Part shown: positions 28,943 to 40,487 of the stretch, piece after piece | Layout of the letters: every line of letters begins with the position of its first letter | Numbering within the stretch: position 1 is the stretch's first letter | Notes under the pieces: model-generated | Database searches by the model: none | The model's input: the letters and a program-made list of their open reading frames with translations, nothing else | What the model was told of the DNA's origin: nothing | Assembly (NCBI GenBank): GCA_965203295.1 | Contig: CBDBCZ010000017.1 | Coordinates: 1,536,001-1,600,000, forward strand | DNA from: Nitrospirales bacterium | Lineage (GTDB): Bacteria > Nitrospirota > Nitrospiria > Nitrospirales > UBA8639 | DNA: 64,000 nt | Reading direction: 5' to 3' | Made by a program: the position numbers and the translations under genes

Positions 28943-30820
28943 CTATGAGGGGTTAAAAAGTTTCTCAATGATGGCTCTTTGGGCAAAGGAGCTGCAAGCC
29001 TTTTCAACTGATTGCTTCAAGGTTTCGACTTCTGCAGACATTGCTTGAGCCATTTTTCTGACAGCATCGATGCTGTAGTGAGTTTGACAGTTGTATATCT
29101 TATCACTGAAGAGTATTTCTATGAGCTTTTTACCAACTTCTGGATAGTCGATAGGATAGCCATTAGCTTGCGCAAACAACGATATCATGAAGGTGTAGAA
29201 AGGAGTTAAAATGGTGTTTGGGTGGTTATACGATGTTGTGTTAGGAGGTGAGAGTTGGGATGCTTGGAATGGCATATTGTTTAAAAGAGGGTCCACTGTT
29301 TTCATAACTTCCTTTCCGAGGATTTCCGTCAGCATTCCATAACTCTGGGAAATATGATTCTTGTGGGTGTCTATAACACTGACAAGATCGTGGAGATACT
29401 TGGTTATGTCCAGTCTGCAACAGCGCACCATATGTACTAGCATTGCCAACCACTGTAGCATGGGTACGTAGGCCCATACAGAGTAAGTAACTGACTCAAT
29501 TGTCCTCAATTTACAGCCCACTTCCGCTATAATGTTGTTCAGCTGATGACTGTCCATCAGTCCACTACAGATGTCAGTTACGCATCTGCATGCATTGTTG
29601 GCTGGAGTTCCGACTGGGTCCTTTCTTTCTGCTTGCCGTTCTTGAATCCGTCGCCAGGATGAAACGTTCCACTGTGTAGGCATGAGCACTTTATTGAATT
29701 GCGTAAAGGAATCTAGACACTCTTCCACATGTGGTTTCAATACATCTACATCAAATGACTTTGATTCTGCCCTAGTTCGTATATGTGCATGATACCCTGC
29801 TGCGAAGGTCGAGATGCTTTGCAAGGTTGATGAAATTAGCTGAGGATCGATTTTCGCTGTCTCGGTATCTATCTGATCGTGAAAGCAAGGCCACTGATGC
29901 ACAATTGGAGTGTCCATTGCAAAGATGTGCTTCATGTCTTCCCAGGTTGTCTTAATCATCACTCTCCATTCATGATCGTTTGCTGTTAGTCTCGAAAGCT
30001 CGTTCCTATAGAATATGTACTGGGTCTGCTTCACATAGAAAATGTGATCGAGGGTTTGGTTAGGGCCCTTGAGACTGGAAGGTACATCTGGAACTCTTGT
30101 CTCCACCACTAGAAGCTTTGCCAAGTCAATGCGTCCAATATGTTCCAGACGTTGTACAAGATAGCCGTAGTTATGAGGGCCTAGGACCTCCTGGTTCTCA
30201 AGCTCACAAAAGAGTTTGTAGCCTTCCTTAATTTCCTCGCTTGAGGCTTCTGGGATAGAAGGACAGAGGAACCGCAGCTGCTGAATTTCATCAGTAGATA
30301 GATGATTGGAAATTTTTAGTAGCAAGAAACGGTGTGTTTCTACAGGTATGCTGTTATCCGAGGCTCCATGCTGCAATCCTGAAAGTTTGCTAGCCAAATC
30401 TTGCCTTTCAATACACTGAAGCCATTCTTTGAGCTGGCTATGCTTATCCAGCCACAGAGATTCACACCATTCCAGTTGCTGAAAGAGCTCTAAACCAGAA
30501 CACACCTTTTTCGCAACCTCCTTGGGAATTATACCACCAGCCACAAACAGAAGACATTGGACATCTTTTCTGGTAAGTCTCCGTGCAATCTTCATCAATC
30601 TCAGTCTGTGCTTTGTCCTCTGGAGGCCATGCACTTCATTCCTGAGTTTTGATACTTTTGCTGTTTTTCTTCTTCGACTATTAGTACTGTGGTTTGGAGT
30701 TTTGAAACTGTACTTGTGCTTCGATCCATGAAACGAAGAGGTGCCCCGTTTAAGTTTACGACGGTTGAACTTCAGTCTACTCTGTTTGTCTAGCCTGCTT
30801 TTTGAACTGATGGAGGCCAT
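28943..30820 (-). CDS. Tandem-DED protein, copy 2 (intact)
   Basis: Full-length ORF with roughly 16 amino-acid differences from copy 1 by my manual count. Confidence 0.85.
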   Translation of the reverse strand: MASISSKSRLDKQSRLKFNRRKLKRGTSSFHGSKHKYSFKTPNHSTNSRRRKTAKVSKLRNEVHGLQRTKHRLRLMKIARRLTRKDVQCLLFVAGGIIPKEVAKKVCSGLELFQQLEWCESLWLDKHSQLKEWLQCIERQDLASKLSGLQHGASDNSIPVETHRFLLLKISNHLSTDEIQQLRFLCPSIPEASSEEIKEGYKLFCELENQEVLGPHNYGYLVQRLEHIGRIDLAKLLVVETRVPDVPSSLKGPNQTLDHIFYVKQTQYIFYRNELSRLTANDHEWRVMIKTTWEDMKHIFAMDTPIVHQWPCFHDQIDTETAKIDPQLISSTLQSISTFAAGYHAHIRTRAESKSFDVDVLKPHVEECLDSFTQFNKVLMPTQWNVSSWRRIQERQAERKDPVGTPANNACRCVTDICSGLMDSHQLNNIIAEVGCKLRTIESVTYSVWAYVPMLQWLAMLVHMVRCCRLDITKYLHDLVSVIDTHKNHISQSYGMLTEILGKEVMKTVDPLLNNMPFQASQLSPPNTTSYNHPNTILTPFYTFMISLFAQANGYPIDYPEVGKKLIEILFSDKIYNCQTHYSIDAVRKMAQAMSAEVETLKQSVEKACSSFAQRAIIEKLFNPS

Positions 30821-31611
30821 TCTCAAATGACAGCTTTGCCTGAAAGTGGTGAGTTACATCTAAGATATAAACCTAGTTGTTTACATCAGAGGTTGCAGCA
30901 CTGTCCAAGAAGAGGTTGCAACACTGTCCAAAAATGCATTGGGATGTCCCCTCTTAGTATATATAGCCCTCTTAAATGACATGTATAGCTATTTTTATTG
31001 GCACAGTGCTTGCTGGGGGAAACCTTTCCTATTTGGTTTCAAAATATTTGAGCATTCAGTTCCCATTACTAATTTACGTAGTAGAGTAATCTTTATACCC
31101 TTATGATGTAATGGGGGTAAACGTAGACACAATTTAACATGCATGTGCTTTTATGTTTAAAACTTACATATGCATGCATGAAAGTACACGAATATGCATG
31201 AGACCATCCTCCCTACATTCTTTAATTACCCAGGATTGTCTCCGTATATGCACTGCACTGATTTGTAGCTGCTCGAGCTGTATTAAACACATAGCATGCA
31301 CTGTTAGCCTCGTGGCCAGACTATAGCTATGGCGCTGTGATGTGTAGGTAGTTTGTGAAAGCTTTGCAGTACGAGTTGTTTAGCTTGTTTTACGAAAGTG
31401 CATCCCTACATGATTGTCACTTTTTGGTAAACTGGTTTTTCTGTAACTTTTTCCATAGTAACAGAATGTAGTGCATGGCAGCGTACATCTTGATAAATTA
31501 TGGAATGCATAATATCAGGAGTACATGTGTATGACAGTGGAGTGGAATGTATGTGTTCTTGATGAACGCTAAGGCGCTCGGCAAGCTATAGACTTCAACT
31601 GAAAAAAATTA

Positions 31612-34600
31612 CTAGAAAATGTTTAGTGAATACAGGGAATACATCACTGTTCCAGTGATAATGCTGAAGTATGAACCAATGGTGGTGGGTAGAGCACTGG
31701 ACATATCGTCACCAGTAGCTGTACTGTTTAGAAGACGATTACAACAGTCGAGAGGCTGAAAGCCTGTACAGACATCTGGTGCCTCATATGCACACTGAGC
31801 ATCAGGGTAGGTAGTTGGCCCATTGAGCCGGGTTTGATCGTTCTGTAACATTTTAAAATGAAGACATTGAATAATCACTGCATGGGATTGAGACACTTTA
31901 GCTTTTCCCAGTGGGTATAGGATTCATGATAAAGACATTTCTTCAATTCCAACCTGAAATTCAGCAAAAGTTTTTACCGATATTTCTACCCAGCATTATG
32001 TAAGTCTTCTGGCCAGGAAGACAACACTGTTACAGTAAAAACACACTTGCAACTGGCCTGCATGGCTTTTTTTCAACATTGTAGCCAAAACATTGATAAC
32101 CTTTGACAGACAGAAATTCTGCTGAAAGTTGGGTTGGAATTAATGAAACTATGCTCAAACCTTTGTACAGAAAAATCTGATACTTTTAATTAAGTGTTGG
32201 GCTTCACTTACGAAACAGATGTAAATTCCATTATTGCTTAGCACAGAATCTTGCAGATCTTGTATGGCATCAGGTGTCCAGTCGACTTGGTCCAGAACCG
32301 TCCTGATTCCAGCCTCATCATCCGAACCAAGGCTTTGGAAGAGCTGGCCACGTTCATTTGCCCTATCAGTTGAAAACCATGCACCCATGACTAGTTATGC
32401 AGGAGGTAATATAAGTTATGATTATTATTACATTTCTTATGATCAAACTTACGAGAGGTGTTGCTTAGTGAAGGGTGTGTATGCAGCAGGCACTTGCGGT
32501 ATAGATCCACACACACCCATTTGAATGCGAGGATAGTAAATTAGAAAACTTAAGCACATTTCATCATGTGTCCTTTCACCTCCCTGCATGAAATCAGAAT
32601 TTGTGAAACTTGACTTGCTAGTTTTGATAAATAGCATACCACATAGCATTAATAATGCTTACTAGAGTCACGTTTGAGTTTTCGGTTGTTCTGTAGAAAC
32701 ATTTCAGAGCTAGTGAATCCCCCTGCATGGGGAAAAATAATTTACTGGTCATCATATTTGTTGACATGATCAAGAGACATTTTGTGGGAGTCCTAAGAAT
32801 ACTTACAGGAAGAACCTGGACTTTTCTTGGTAAAATGTTGAATTGCTGTAATAACATCAAAGTATAATAATAAGAGTTCTTTTGATTGGGGTAAGACCAT
32901 GCATGTAGAGTATACCTGAAGATTAAAATCGTATTTCAAGTTGCTGTCAATGGGCTCTAATTCTTCCAGGACACCGCACTCTTCATTGGGCCTGAAGTGC
33001 TGCAGCACTAGTCCATGTCCTGTAAAAAATACATACCATCAACAGTTCTGTGAGTAAATTTTAGATGGGTAAAGATTTAACAGTAATAGTGGTCATAGAA
33101 ATATGCAAGATTTTCTGCATTGTAGCATGAGTATCAATTTACGTATCTCCTCATGCATTCAGTTTCCAGGCACAGGTACACACACAATAGCCTCGTACAA
33201 AAAAAGAAAGAGCTGGGGAGTTGAGTCTAGCAACGAGGCTACATGCAAATTGCATGACTATATATCAGTACTATAGGACACCATGTGATAATGATTATTA
33301 TAGCAGGAGTACATGAACATAGTGATAAGAGTAGTGCCGTACTAAGTCGATCTTTTTCTTGTTTTGTTTGCAAATTTTAAGTGTACTGTCAAGCCAGATT
33401 AGATATTTACGAATTCCTTATATTACAGTAGCAGCTCTACTCTACAAAATGTGGTTCTATGGAGTTACACACTAATGCTCCTGATAACGTTTTTAGGTGT
33501 ACATACCTACAAGATGTGTGTGAAGCAAATTTCCAAATATTGTGATACCATCATCCGGTATAGTCTAAATGGGAGGAGAATCATCATGCAGTGGAGTTAA
33601 TGTTGTGTTTAAATATAGGACTTGAAGTGTATAGCACTTACGTTTTGTGTGCAAGCAGCAGGACAAACAGATTCTATTACATAATTGTCCGCTTTCGGAG
33701 GGATGACCATATTCCTTGTTACTAAATGGCCCACCACGAGTATTCCTGCCTCAACTTCTGGGGGGTTGCTTGAATAGAAAAATTCAATTCCAGAACTGTC
33801 AAGAACTCCTAATATTAAAGGAAGAGCAAAGTTGTTTTTTTAAATGAATAAATAGTACAATGTCATAATATTAATTTTATATACACGATAGTACTGTCAG
33901 TAGATTCACCTGTTCTCAGCAGTGGATTGTCATAGTGCATTTCAAGAACCAAATACTCTGCATTGCCAGGACCCCCAATCGGGTAGGCTACATTTTCTGG
34001 ATAGACGACATCCTACAAACAAGAAGGTATAATTCTGGTATTTGCATGCATGTGTAACAAATCCGCTCCAACGGACTGCCATGTTTCCCAACGCTCCGCT
34101 GCGACGGGCGCTCCAACTCTAGCGCTCCGCTGCGACGGGCGCACCAACCCTGGCGCTCCGCTGCGACGGACGCACTCGCTGGCTGACTCACCCAATATGG
34201 ACAAACTCTCTAGTACAGACTCAGTACAGACTCAGTACAGACTTATTTATACAAAAAACACCTAGCAACCAACATCACACCTAAAACATACAGTAAACAC
34301 ATAACTGTCAGTATCACCTATTAACATGTCTCTATAGCCTAAGTTATCAGCTAAAGTCCTAATTGTCACACATGCATGATCACAACCTCGTACATGCACA
34401 GCTTCTCTGCCAAACGTATATTATACTTACCACTCCTCCCACTGCCCACGCTCCACCAACGGCAGTTCTACAGTTCCTCAAGTCATCAGGAGCATTATCA
34501 CAGTGTGCACCGCTGCTTGCAAGAGTGTCAGGCTCAAGAAAGTTACAGTGGTATACCACAATGTGATGAACATGTGGAAAGCTGTCCTCAGTTATGGTGG

Positions 34601-35690
34601 GTGAAAACTGCATAAGTAAGAAGATTATGAATCACTGTTTGTAGTTATGCTTTACGATTAATTAAAACTACATAAATAAAAAAAAATTACTAACCTTAAA
34701 GATGTACTGCTCCTGTGCCCTCACTTCAGCTGGTAACTGAAAGCCTGAACACCAGTAGGTAGTGTCTCTGTCACCTGGAATTGTTATCTATGTGTGTGCA
34801 TGAAAGTAGGCGAAAGAATTGGGTCTTTCACCAAGTTGAATACACGATTTGTATGATATGATACTTGTATATAGACTGATATGCTTACGTTAGTATTTCG
34901 GATTGTGAATGACTTTGTATCTGGTGGATTCGGCCGTTCGTTATTCAGCCCTCCAAGAAGATTGAGACTGGTGGTTCCTCGTGACTGATGCTGTCTAATT
35001 TCACCTAGTACATCTGAGGGATTGAATGAATTCCAGCTCCAAATTACACGAGTTGTGTCAGCCTGTATGAAAGAGAAAGATAACAGTCCGTGCATCTTAA
35101 TATAAGAGCATTAATTGCGCTATTATAATGAAAGTACATGTAGCTGTATGGTAAACCCACAAAATACGGACATATACAATCACTGACCAAAATATTGACA
35201 TCTTTGTCATCACAGGAAGTTAGGTTTCTGGAGAATTCAAGGATGGTGACTCCATTCTCTTGCTCGCCGCTTATCAGAAACCAGTCCTGGCTTGCATCAA
35301 TCGGAGGTAGGGCTTGCTGCTCGGCATAGCGATCCTGCAAACAGAAGCAACGAAACAGACAGTAACAGTTAACACGGAAACACTGCCCCGCTCGCATTGA
35401 TGGTAGTAACTTACATGGAATTGCACGGTTCCGTCGCTCTCGACCCATCCGATCACCACATCTGATCCAACCATGCCACCATCGGGAGAGATTCCGAATC
35501 CCACCCAGCCAGTCGTTTGCACGCGAACGGCGAATGAGATGGTTTGCGCACTCAAGTCGTAGTTCCAGTGGAGTTCGTACAGTCCATCGCGGTCCAGAAT
35601 AGCCGAAAAGCGGTATTCCTGCGATAAATCGTGCGCACCGTAAACAGTCAGCGCAAGAAGGGAAAGCGTTACCACAGTCCCTAGCGTCAT
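31612..35690 (-). CDS. MOXD1: DBH-like monooxygenase (MOXD1-like), copy 2
   Basis: Same exon set and copper ligands as copy 1; an in-frame 9-bp deletion in the last exon (NSTATGDD); no disabling lesion noticed. Confidence 0.88.
34053..34370. mobile_element. Probable solo LTR (318 bp) in MOXD1 intron 5
   Basis: TGTAACAA...TTGTCACA termini and a 4-bp CATG target-site duplication. The empty site tttgcatgcatgcatgat is present in copy 1 (about 25141-25158). Internal repeats of gcgctccgctgcgacgg. Confidence 0.75.
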
Positions 35691-36314
35691 GGTTTGTATT
35701 CTTGTCGCTAAGATATACTCGGCTGGTACCTGTGTCTGTACTATAGACCGTCTGCGGTTAATTGCATCAGGTATACTCGGCTGGTACCTGAGTCTGTACT
35801 ATAGACCGTCTGCGGTTAATTGCATCATTTCCTGTTGTGTGTAGGTAGTAAAGATAGAGTATCTATGATATCACACACACATGATCATGTAGACTGGCTC
35901 CACCGGACTAATGACCATGATGTAAGATGAAAGTATGATTACAAATTGATCACCAGATGATGCAATACGTTCCCAATCAACTTGTTTTTGCACACACACA
36001 CACACACACACATAAAAATGCAATACAAATTCTATTTCTACCGCTAAGCGGTCACTCGCACCTGGCAAAGCCAGGCTGCTTGTGCACTAAGCAAGCACTA
36101 TGAGCCAGTGCTGGCAAACTCCTGGAACCGGGCTAGGAACTCACAGGAGGACTGACTACTTCTCTCTGGTGTGGGCAGCCGAAGTCCCACACCCTTCGCT
36201 GTCTGGTTTGAAAGTTCATTTTGAGTACCTCATTAACTCTAGCTACATTAAATTTATCTTGAATATTCATACAAGATAATCAGCACAATTATGCTATAGG
36301 TTAATTAATAACCT

Positions 36315-37099
36315 CTAATCAAAATGATAAATGAATCCTTTTAAGAAATTTACAATGCTCTTCCTGACATTTTCTTCCTCCGACTGTGGTCCGGTGAACT
36401 TCCACCCCCAGTACCTATGGTCTGTACCACTACCACTACCTCCATAGCCTTCTCGCAGCCAGCTTAGAGGAAAACTGGGAGAACTGTCCCAACCATATTT
36501 GGACTAGTTGTACTGGTACTCATGATACTCGGCGCCACGCAGATCGATCCTTACTTTCACAGACACCACAGGCGTTCCCGAGAAATAGCGCTTCTCCATC
36601 ACTTCTCGATTAACAGAATCTGCAGCAAATATGTCCCAATCGTAACCTGGAACTTGTACTGCAAAGGTTTCTATTTTCCCCCACAGAAATTCAATATTAA
36701 ACTTCCAGTCACCGGGTGCCTCACGTCCGAGGGAATTGACTACAAAATTATCTTTAGGAGATACATTCAGGTTGACACTGGCTGAGTCGGCAATGATATC
36801 CCTATAAAAAGTCACAGCGTCAGGAATTCTGGCTAGTACTTCCACGGGAATTGTAAGGTCAGAAGATGCAGAATCATCAGGGCTCTTAATAAGGGTCACT
36901 GTCCCATTCTCCTGACAGGAGACGATGTAGGACTCGGAGTCCCTATACTCACTAAAGGCCACAACGTCACCATGACACAACTCATAACTAACGCTTCTAC
37001 GCCGGCTGCACTCGTAGGACATTCAGAGTCATACAGCCTTAAGTATTTAGCAGCTTCTGCGGGACACTTCGTATCTTTGCTGGGCTCTTGAGAGGCCAT
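36315..37099 (-). pseudogene. Disrupted copy 3 of the orphan gene
   Basis: A 7-bp deletion near 36985 (ctcataactaac vs ctcatgtttcttaactaac) and a short insertion creating a stop at about 36504. Confidence 0.88.
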
Positions 37100-37287
37100 C
37101 GAACTCTTCAAGCCGCCGTATATAGTTCTAAGTCTCGTGATCAGGCAGCGTCTAGTTAACTAGTTACGTGATCTGTGAGTAGGCAGCAGCGTGTAACGCC
37201 AAGAGCAAGGCACGCCACCGGCAAGGCACTGGCGTTTACCGGACCGGACACGGCGCTACCGTAAATGACTTGCACTCATAAGTCTAA

Positions 37288-38231
37288 CTAGGTGAATGCA
37301 GTGCATTGTGGGGCGAGCGTGAGCGAGTACATAGGTAATATTCACGGTACAAAGATGGTAGCATGCAGAGCACAACTTAAATGGAGTCGGTATGGATGGA
37401 GGGATAAAGGCGGAAGAGGGATAAGGGGTCAATACAGGTGGAGGAACAGCACACAATACAATGTGATGTAGTCATGTACTCTCTGTCTTAACTTGTTGCA
37501 GCCTAAAGCCTGTGCGTCTCACTGGATCGTGTCTCCAGTCTCTATATGTCACTCTCTGTTGTGTTGCAGGCCAGCCCGTGTCTGCTCCAGAGTCTCAAAG
37601 GATTATATTACCCAACGGTCCTCTCTGTTGTGTTGGAGCCTAGCCTCTGTCTGCTCTAGGGTCTCAACAGATCGTATCTCCCTTCGACACGCCCTGCAGC
37701 ATTGCCGCCTAGTAGCTGTCTGTCTGCTCCAGAGACTCGACAGATCGTGTTTCCTTATGGCGATCTCTGTCATGCTGCATTCTAGCCTCCATCTGCTCAG
37801 CAGTCTGAGTACGGCGTCTAGCCCTGTCTCTCGCCCTTCGTCTTCTCAACCTTTTAACAGACACACACACACTACGTAAATTTAGCAGGTACCCAGAATG
37901 CTGGTATTTCTACACATCTTGCCTCCTTTTGTTCTCCGTTTCGGAAGCACGGTGGGCCCTCTCGCCGTCTCCGAAGTCTCTCTTCTCTTGCTGCAGAAGC
38001 ATCATGGCGTTAAGTGAACGTAGCAAATGACTGGGCCATATCTTCGCAGTACACAACACGTGAACATGGTTGGGGTTGCTATTTTATGCACGTGGCTGTT
38101 ATTCGTTATTTTAGCGAATTAATGTTTAGATTCGGCACGACGTACGGGACAGACAGAAAGACAGACAGACAGACAGACAGAGAAAATCGCGTTGACACGA
38201 CAAGTGTGGGGCTCGCTCACGCTCGCCCCAA
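37288..38231 (-). mobile_element. Helentron/Helitron2-type non-autonomous element (HINE-like), 944 bp, nested in the Ginger-like left end
   Basis: Absent from unit 4 (empty site agtctaattatg at about 51353). On the minus strand it starts TTGGGGCGAGCGTGAGCGAGCCCC and carries a (TGTC)n tract. It ends with the subterminal inverted repeat CTCGCTCACGCTCGCCCCA, hairpin AATGCACTGCATT and CTAG followed by TT. There is no clear TSD. Confidence 0.75.
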
Positions 38232-38485
38232 TTATGCGATTCCTGCGTTATATATTACAGAGTAGGCTCGTATCCTATATGCGAGGCTATATCACAGAGA
38301 TCCATGGTGCCCTACATAATTTGGTGAGTGGCATGCACGATCGCAGATCAACAGTAATCTCGCGAAGCCAATCAAAGCAGTCATAAATGTAGAAGGTGAA
38401 CTGACTGGCTTTGTTTGGCTCACTGGAGAATATTGTATGCGTCTGTTTTCATGTGTTTTCAAGTCTCTCAGAGCACCTCCATGAA

Positions 38486-39970
38486 TGTGACACTAGTACA
38501 GCATTGACCATGGTTTGCCTTGCTCGTGGCAGTGTAGGAGGCTGCCATGAGCAAGGCAGTTTATTCTGTAGTACGGTTGCTTGTACTCTGAGCCTTATTT
38601 CAATGGTATACCCAAGCCTCCGTTGTGACACTAGTACGTACAGCATTGACCATGGTTTGCCTTGCTCGTGGCAGTGTAGGAGACTGCCACGAGCAAGGCA
38701 GTTATTCTGTAGGACGGTTGCTTGTACTCTGAGCCTTATTTAAATGGTACCCAAGCCTCCGTTGTGACACTAGTACAGCATTAACCATGATTTGCCTTGC
38801 TCATGGCAGTGTAGGAGACTGCCATGAGCAAGGCAGATGTCATGTAGTACGGTTGCTTATCCTCTGAGCCTTATTGTAACCGTACCCGAGGCCTCAGTTG
38901 TGACACTAGTACATCATTGACCATGGTTTGCCTTGCTCGTGGCAGTGTAGGAGACTGCCACGAGCAAGGCAGTTATTCATTGACCATGGTTTGCCTTGCT
39001 CATGGCAGTGTAGGAGACTGCCATGAGCAAGGCAGATGTCATGTAGTACGGTTGCTTATCCTCTGAGCCTTATTGTAACCGTACCCGAGGCCTCCGTTGT
39101 CACACTAGTACATCATTGACCATGGTTTGCCTTGCTCATGGCAGTGTAGGAGACCGGCGCGAGCAAGGCAGTTATTCATTGACCATGGTTTGCCTTGCTC
39201 ATGGCAGTGTAGGAGACTGCCACGAGCAAGGCAGTTTTTCTGTGGAACGGTTGCTTGTCTGAGCCTTATTTAAATGGTACCCGAGGCCTCCGTTGTGACA
39301 CTAGTACATCATTGACCATGGTTTGCCTTGCTCGTGGCAGTGTAGGAGACTGCCACGAGCAAGGCAGTTATTCTGTAGGACGGTTGCTTGTACTCTGAGC
39401 CTTATTTAAATGGTACCCAAGCCTCCGTTGTGACACTAGTACAGCATTAACCATGATTTGCCTTGCTCGTGGCAGTGTAGGAGACTGCCATGAGCAAGGC
39501 AGATGTCATGTAGTACGATTGCTTATCCTCTGAGCCTTATTGTAACCGTACCCGAGGCCTCAGTTGTGACACTAGTACATCATTGACCATGGTTTGCCTT
39601 GCTCGTGGCAGTGTAGGAGACTGCCACGAGCAAGGCAGTTATTCATTGACCATGGTTTGCCTTGCTCATGGCAGTGTAGGAGACTGCCATGAGCAAGGCA
39701 GATGTCATGTAGTACGGTTGCTTATCCTCTGAGCCTTATTGTAACCGTACCCGAGGCCTCCGTTGTCACACTAGTACATCATTGACCATGGTTTGCCTTG
39801 CTCATGGCAGTGTAGGAGACTGCCACGAGCAAGGCAGTTTTTCTGTGGAACGGTTGCTTGTCTGAGCCTTATTTAAATGGTACCCGAGGCCTCCGTTGTG
39901 ACACTAGTACATCATTGACCATGGTTTGCCTTGCTCGTGGCAGTGTAGGAGACTGCCACGAGCAAGGCAG
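38486..39970 (+). repeat. Hairpin minisatellite array 1 (13 palindromes; ~135- and 63-bp units)
   Basis: Core TGCCTTGCTCGTGGCAGT-GTAGGAG-ACTGCCACGAGCAAGGCA, an 18-bp stem with a 7-nt loop. Confidence 0.95.
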
Positions 39971-40487
39971 ACGCTAGTATAATTTAGTACGGTTTGCCTT
40001 TCTGTGTTTATACTGCGTAATATCACTACTGTTTCCTGTAGGACAAGATGAAGTTTATTATGGAGTGATACACTGCACCACTGAGCTGTGTTGGTTATTC
40101 ACATTTTGGAACATAATAGGCTCATATACAGAGCCATCCAGAATGCTGGCAGTCAGTACTTGTAGTAGGGAAACCACCCCCATTCTTGGTTTCAGCTGTG
40201 ATCAAATGTAATTGCCAATTACAGCTGAATGTTGACATCATTGAAGCAGCTGAAAGCACATGGTTTAGAAAACTCTCCAGCTGCATGCTATTTTTTGTTG
40301 AGAATCAGTATTGAACATGTGTGTCTGCCTTTGGATGACTACGCAGTATTGAAACGAGATGTCATCTAATCGGTTGGTTGAAGTATTTTTGATTTGGTAT
40401 AATTATGATCATATAGCAAGTCTGTACACGTATATTTCACCATATTATGCCCTACAACTTTATATAGCTAGTGGGAGTTGGATGAAC

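Noticed and set aside
38486..39970. CRISPR-like array (palindromic repeats at regular spacing; also 51614-53035 and 57866-59050)
   Set aside because: The spacers are near-identical variants that themselves repeat, there are no cas genes, and the context is spliceosomal eukaryotic DNA. It is a minisatellite.
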